DNA of 27,967 bases from an uncultured Bacilli bacterium (GTDB lineage Bacteria > Bacillota_I > Bacilli_A > RF39 > UBA660): positions 1 to 27,967 of the forward strand of contig CANQQV010000019.1 in assembly GCA_947626095.1 (NCBI GenBank), written 5' to 3'. Position numbers and translations under genes: made by a program. Positions 27,458 through 27,967 of this stretch are shown piece by piece. The notes under the pieces are model-generated. The model searched no databases. It had not been told where the DNA came from and saw nothing but the letters and a program-made list of their open reading frames with translations. Positions within the stretch are counted from its first letter, which is position 1. Each line of letters starts with the position of its first letter.

Positions 27458-27787
27458 TTATTTCTTAGTCAACTTATTTTTTACTTTTTTATAACCTAGT
27501 TTAATAAATTTATTATATTCTCTAAAACGAATACTTCTTTGAGCTAAAATAAAGATTAAACCGCAAATAACGCATAAGGCGATTAAACCAATTAACCATA
27601 GAGAATAATCATAGAAAACTATAGCTCCTATCATTATTATAGCCATTACAAAACAGATAATACCTTCGATTAATAATCGATTTAAAATAGGATTGATATC
27701 TGAACCTTTATTAGTTTTTTTAAAGGCTTGACGAACATCTTTTTTTTCTTCTTTAGATAGATTTTGATACATAGTTATCAACTCCAT
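27458..27787 (-). CDS. Small two-TM membrane protein
   Basis: 109-aa ORF with two hydrophobic helices and basic termini. Confidence 0.7.
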   Translation of the reverse strand: MELITMYQNLSKEEKKDVRQAFKKTNKGSDINPILNRLLIEGIICFVMAIIMIGAIVFYDYSLWLIGLIALCVICGLIFILAQRSIRFREYNKFIKLGYKKVKNKLTKK

Positions 27788-27892
27788 AAATTAATTTTAT
27801 CATATTTATCTTGATATACCTAATATTTTTACAATAATTTAGACTAGTATTTTTAAAAAATCTATTGTATAATTAACGAGTAACGAAGAAAT

Positions 27893-27967
27893 GTCTCCTT
27901 AGCTCAGTTGGTAGAGCAACTGACTCTTAATCAGTGGGTCTGGGGTTCGAGCCCCCAAGGGGACACC
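27893..27967 (+). tRNA. tRNA-Lys(CTT), last base cut off by window end
   Basis: GTCTCCT/AGGGGAC acceptor stem, AGCTCAGTTGGTAGAGC D-arm, CTGA-ctCTTaa-TCAG, GGTTCGAGCC. Confidence 0.97.

Overview
AT-rich chromosomal window from a low-GC Firmicute using the standard code (TGG=Trp, TGA=stop). The gene order and sporulation-type genes suggest an uncultured Bacilli lineage such as RF39; this is an inference. Almost everything is on the minus strand. Left 7 kb: a head-to-tail array of at least four ~1.2-1.35 kb surface-protein cassettes that are intact reading frames with no start codon, RBS or signal-peptide N-terminus. Each begins with the same 32-bp sequence encoding the end of a signal peptide (AILLSVVTVSA) and ends in the same ~140-bp anchor block (KKPAAKP.EQAPNTYDAG-TM-RKLRN), with divergent bodies in between. 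Two Rpn-like PD-(D/E)XK nuclease genes sit inside the array behind a SigH-like promoter motif. This looks like a silent-cassette archive for antigenic variation, and it runs off the left edge. Next come an FAD oxidoreductase, a ~1210-aa sigma-70 protein carrying about 8-10 extra region-4-like HTH units, an HExxH orphan and a GNAT. These are followed by a reduced Bacillus-type backbone (obgE, rpmA-prp-rplU with L21 leader, spoIVFB/spoIVFA, mreD/mreC, radC, SPOR protein, short smc, rnc), a His-less ZnuA-like lipoprotein, an NlpC/P60 protein, tRNA-Ser(GCT) and tRNA-Lys(CTT).
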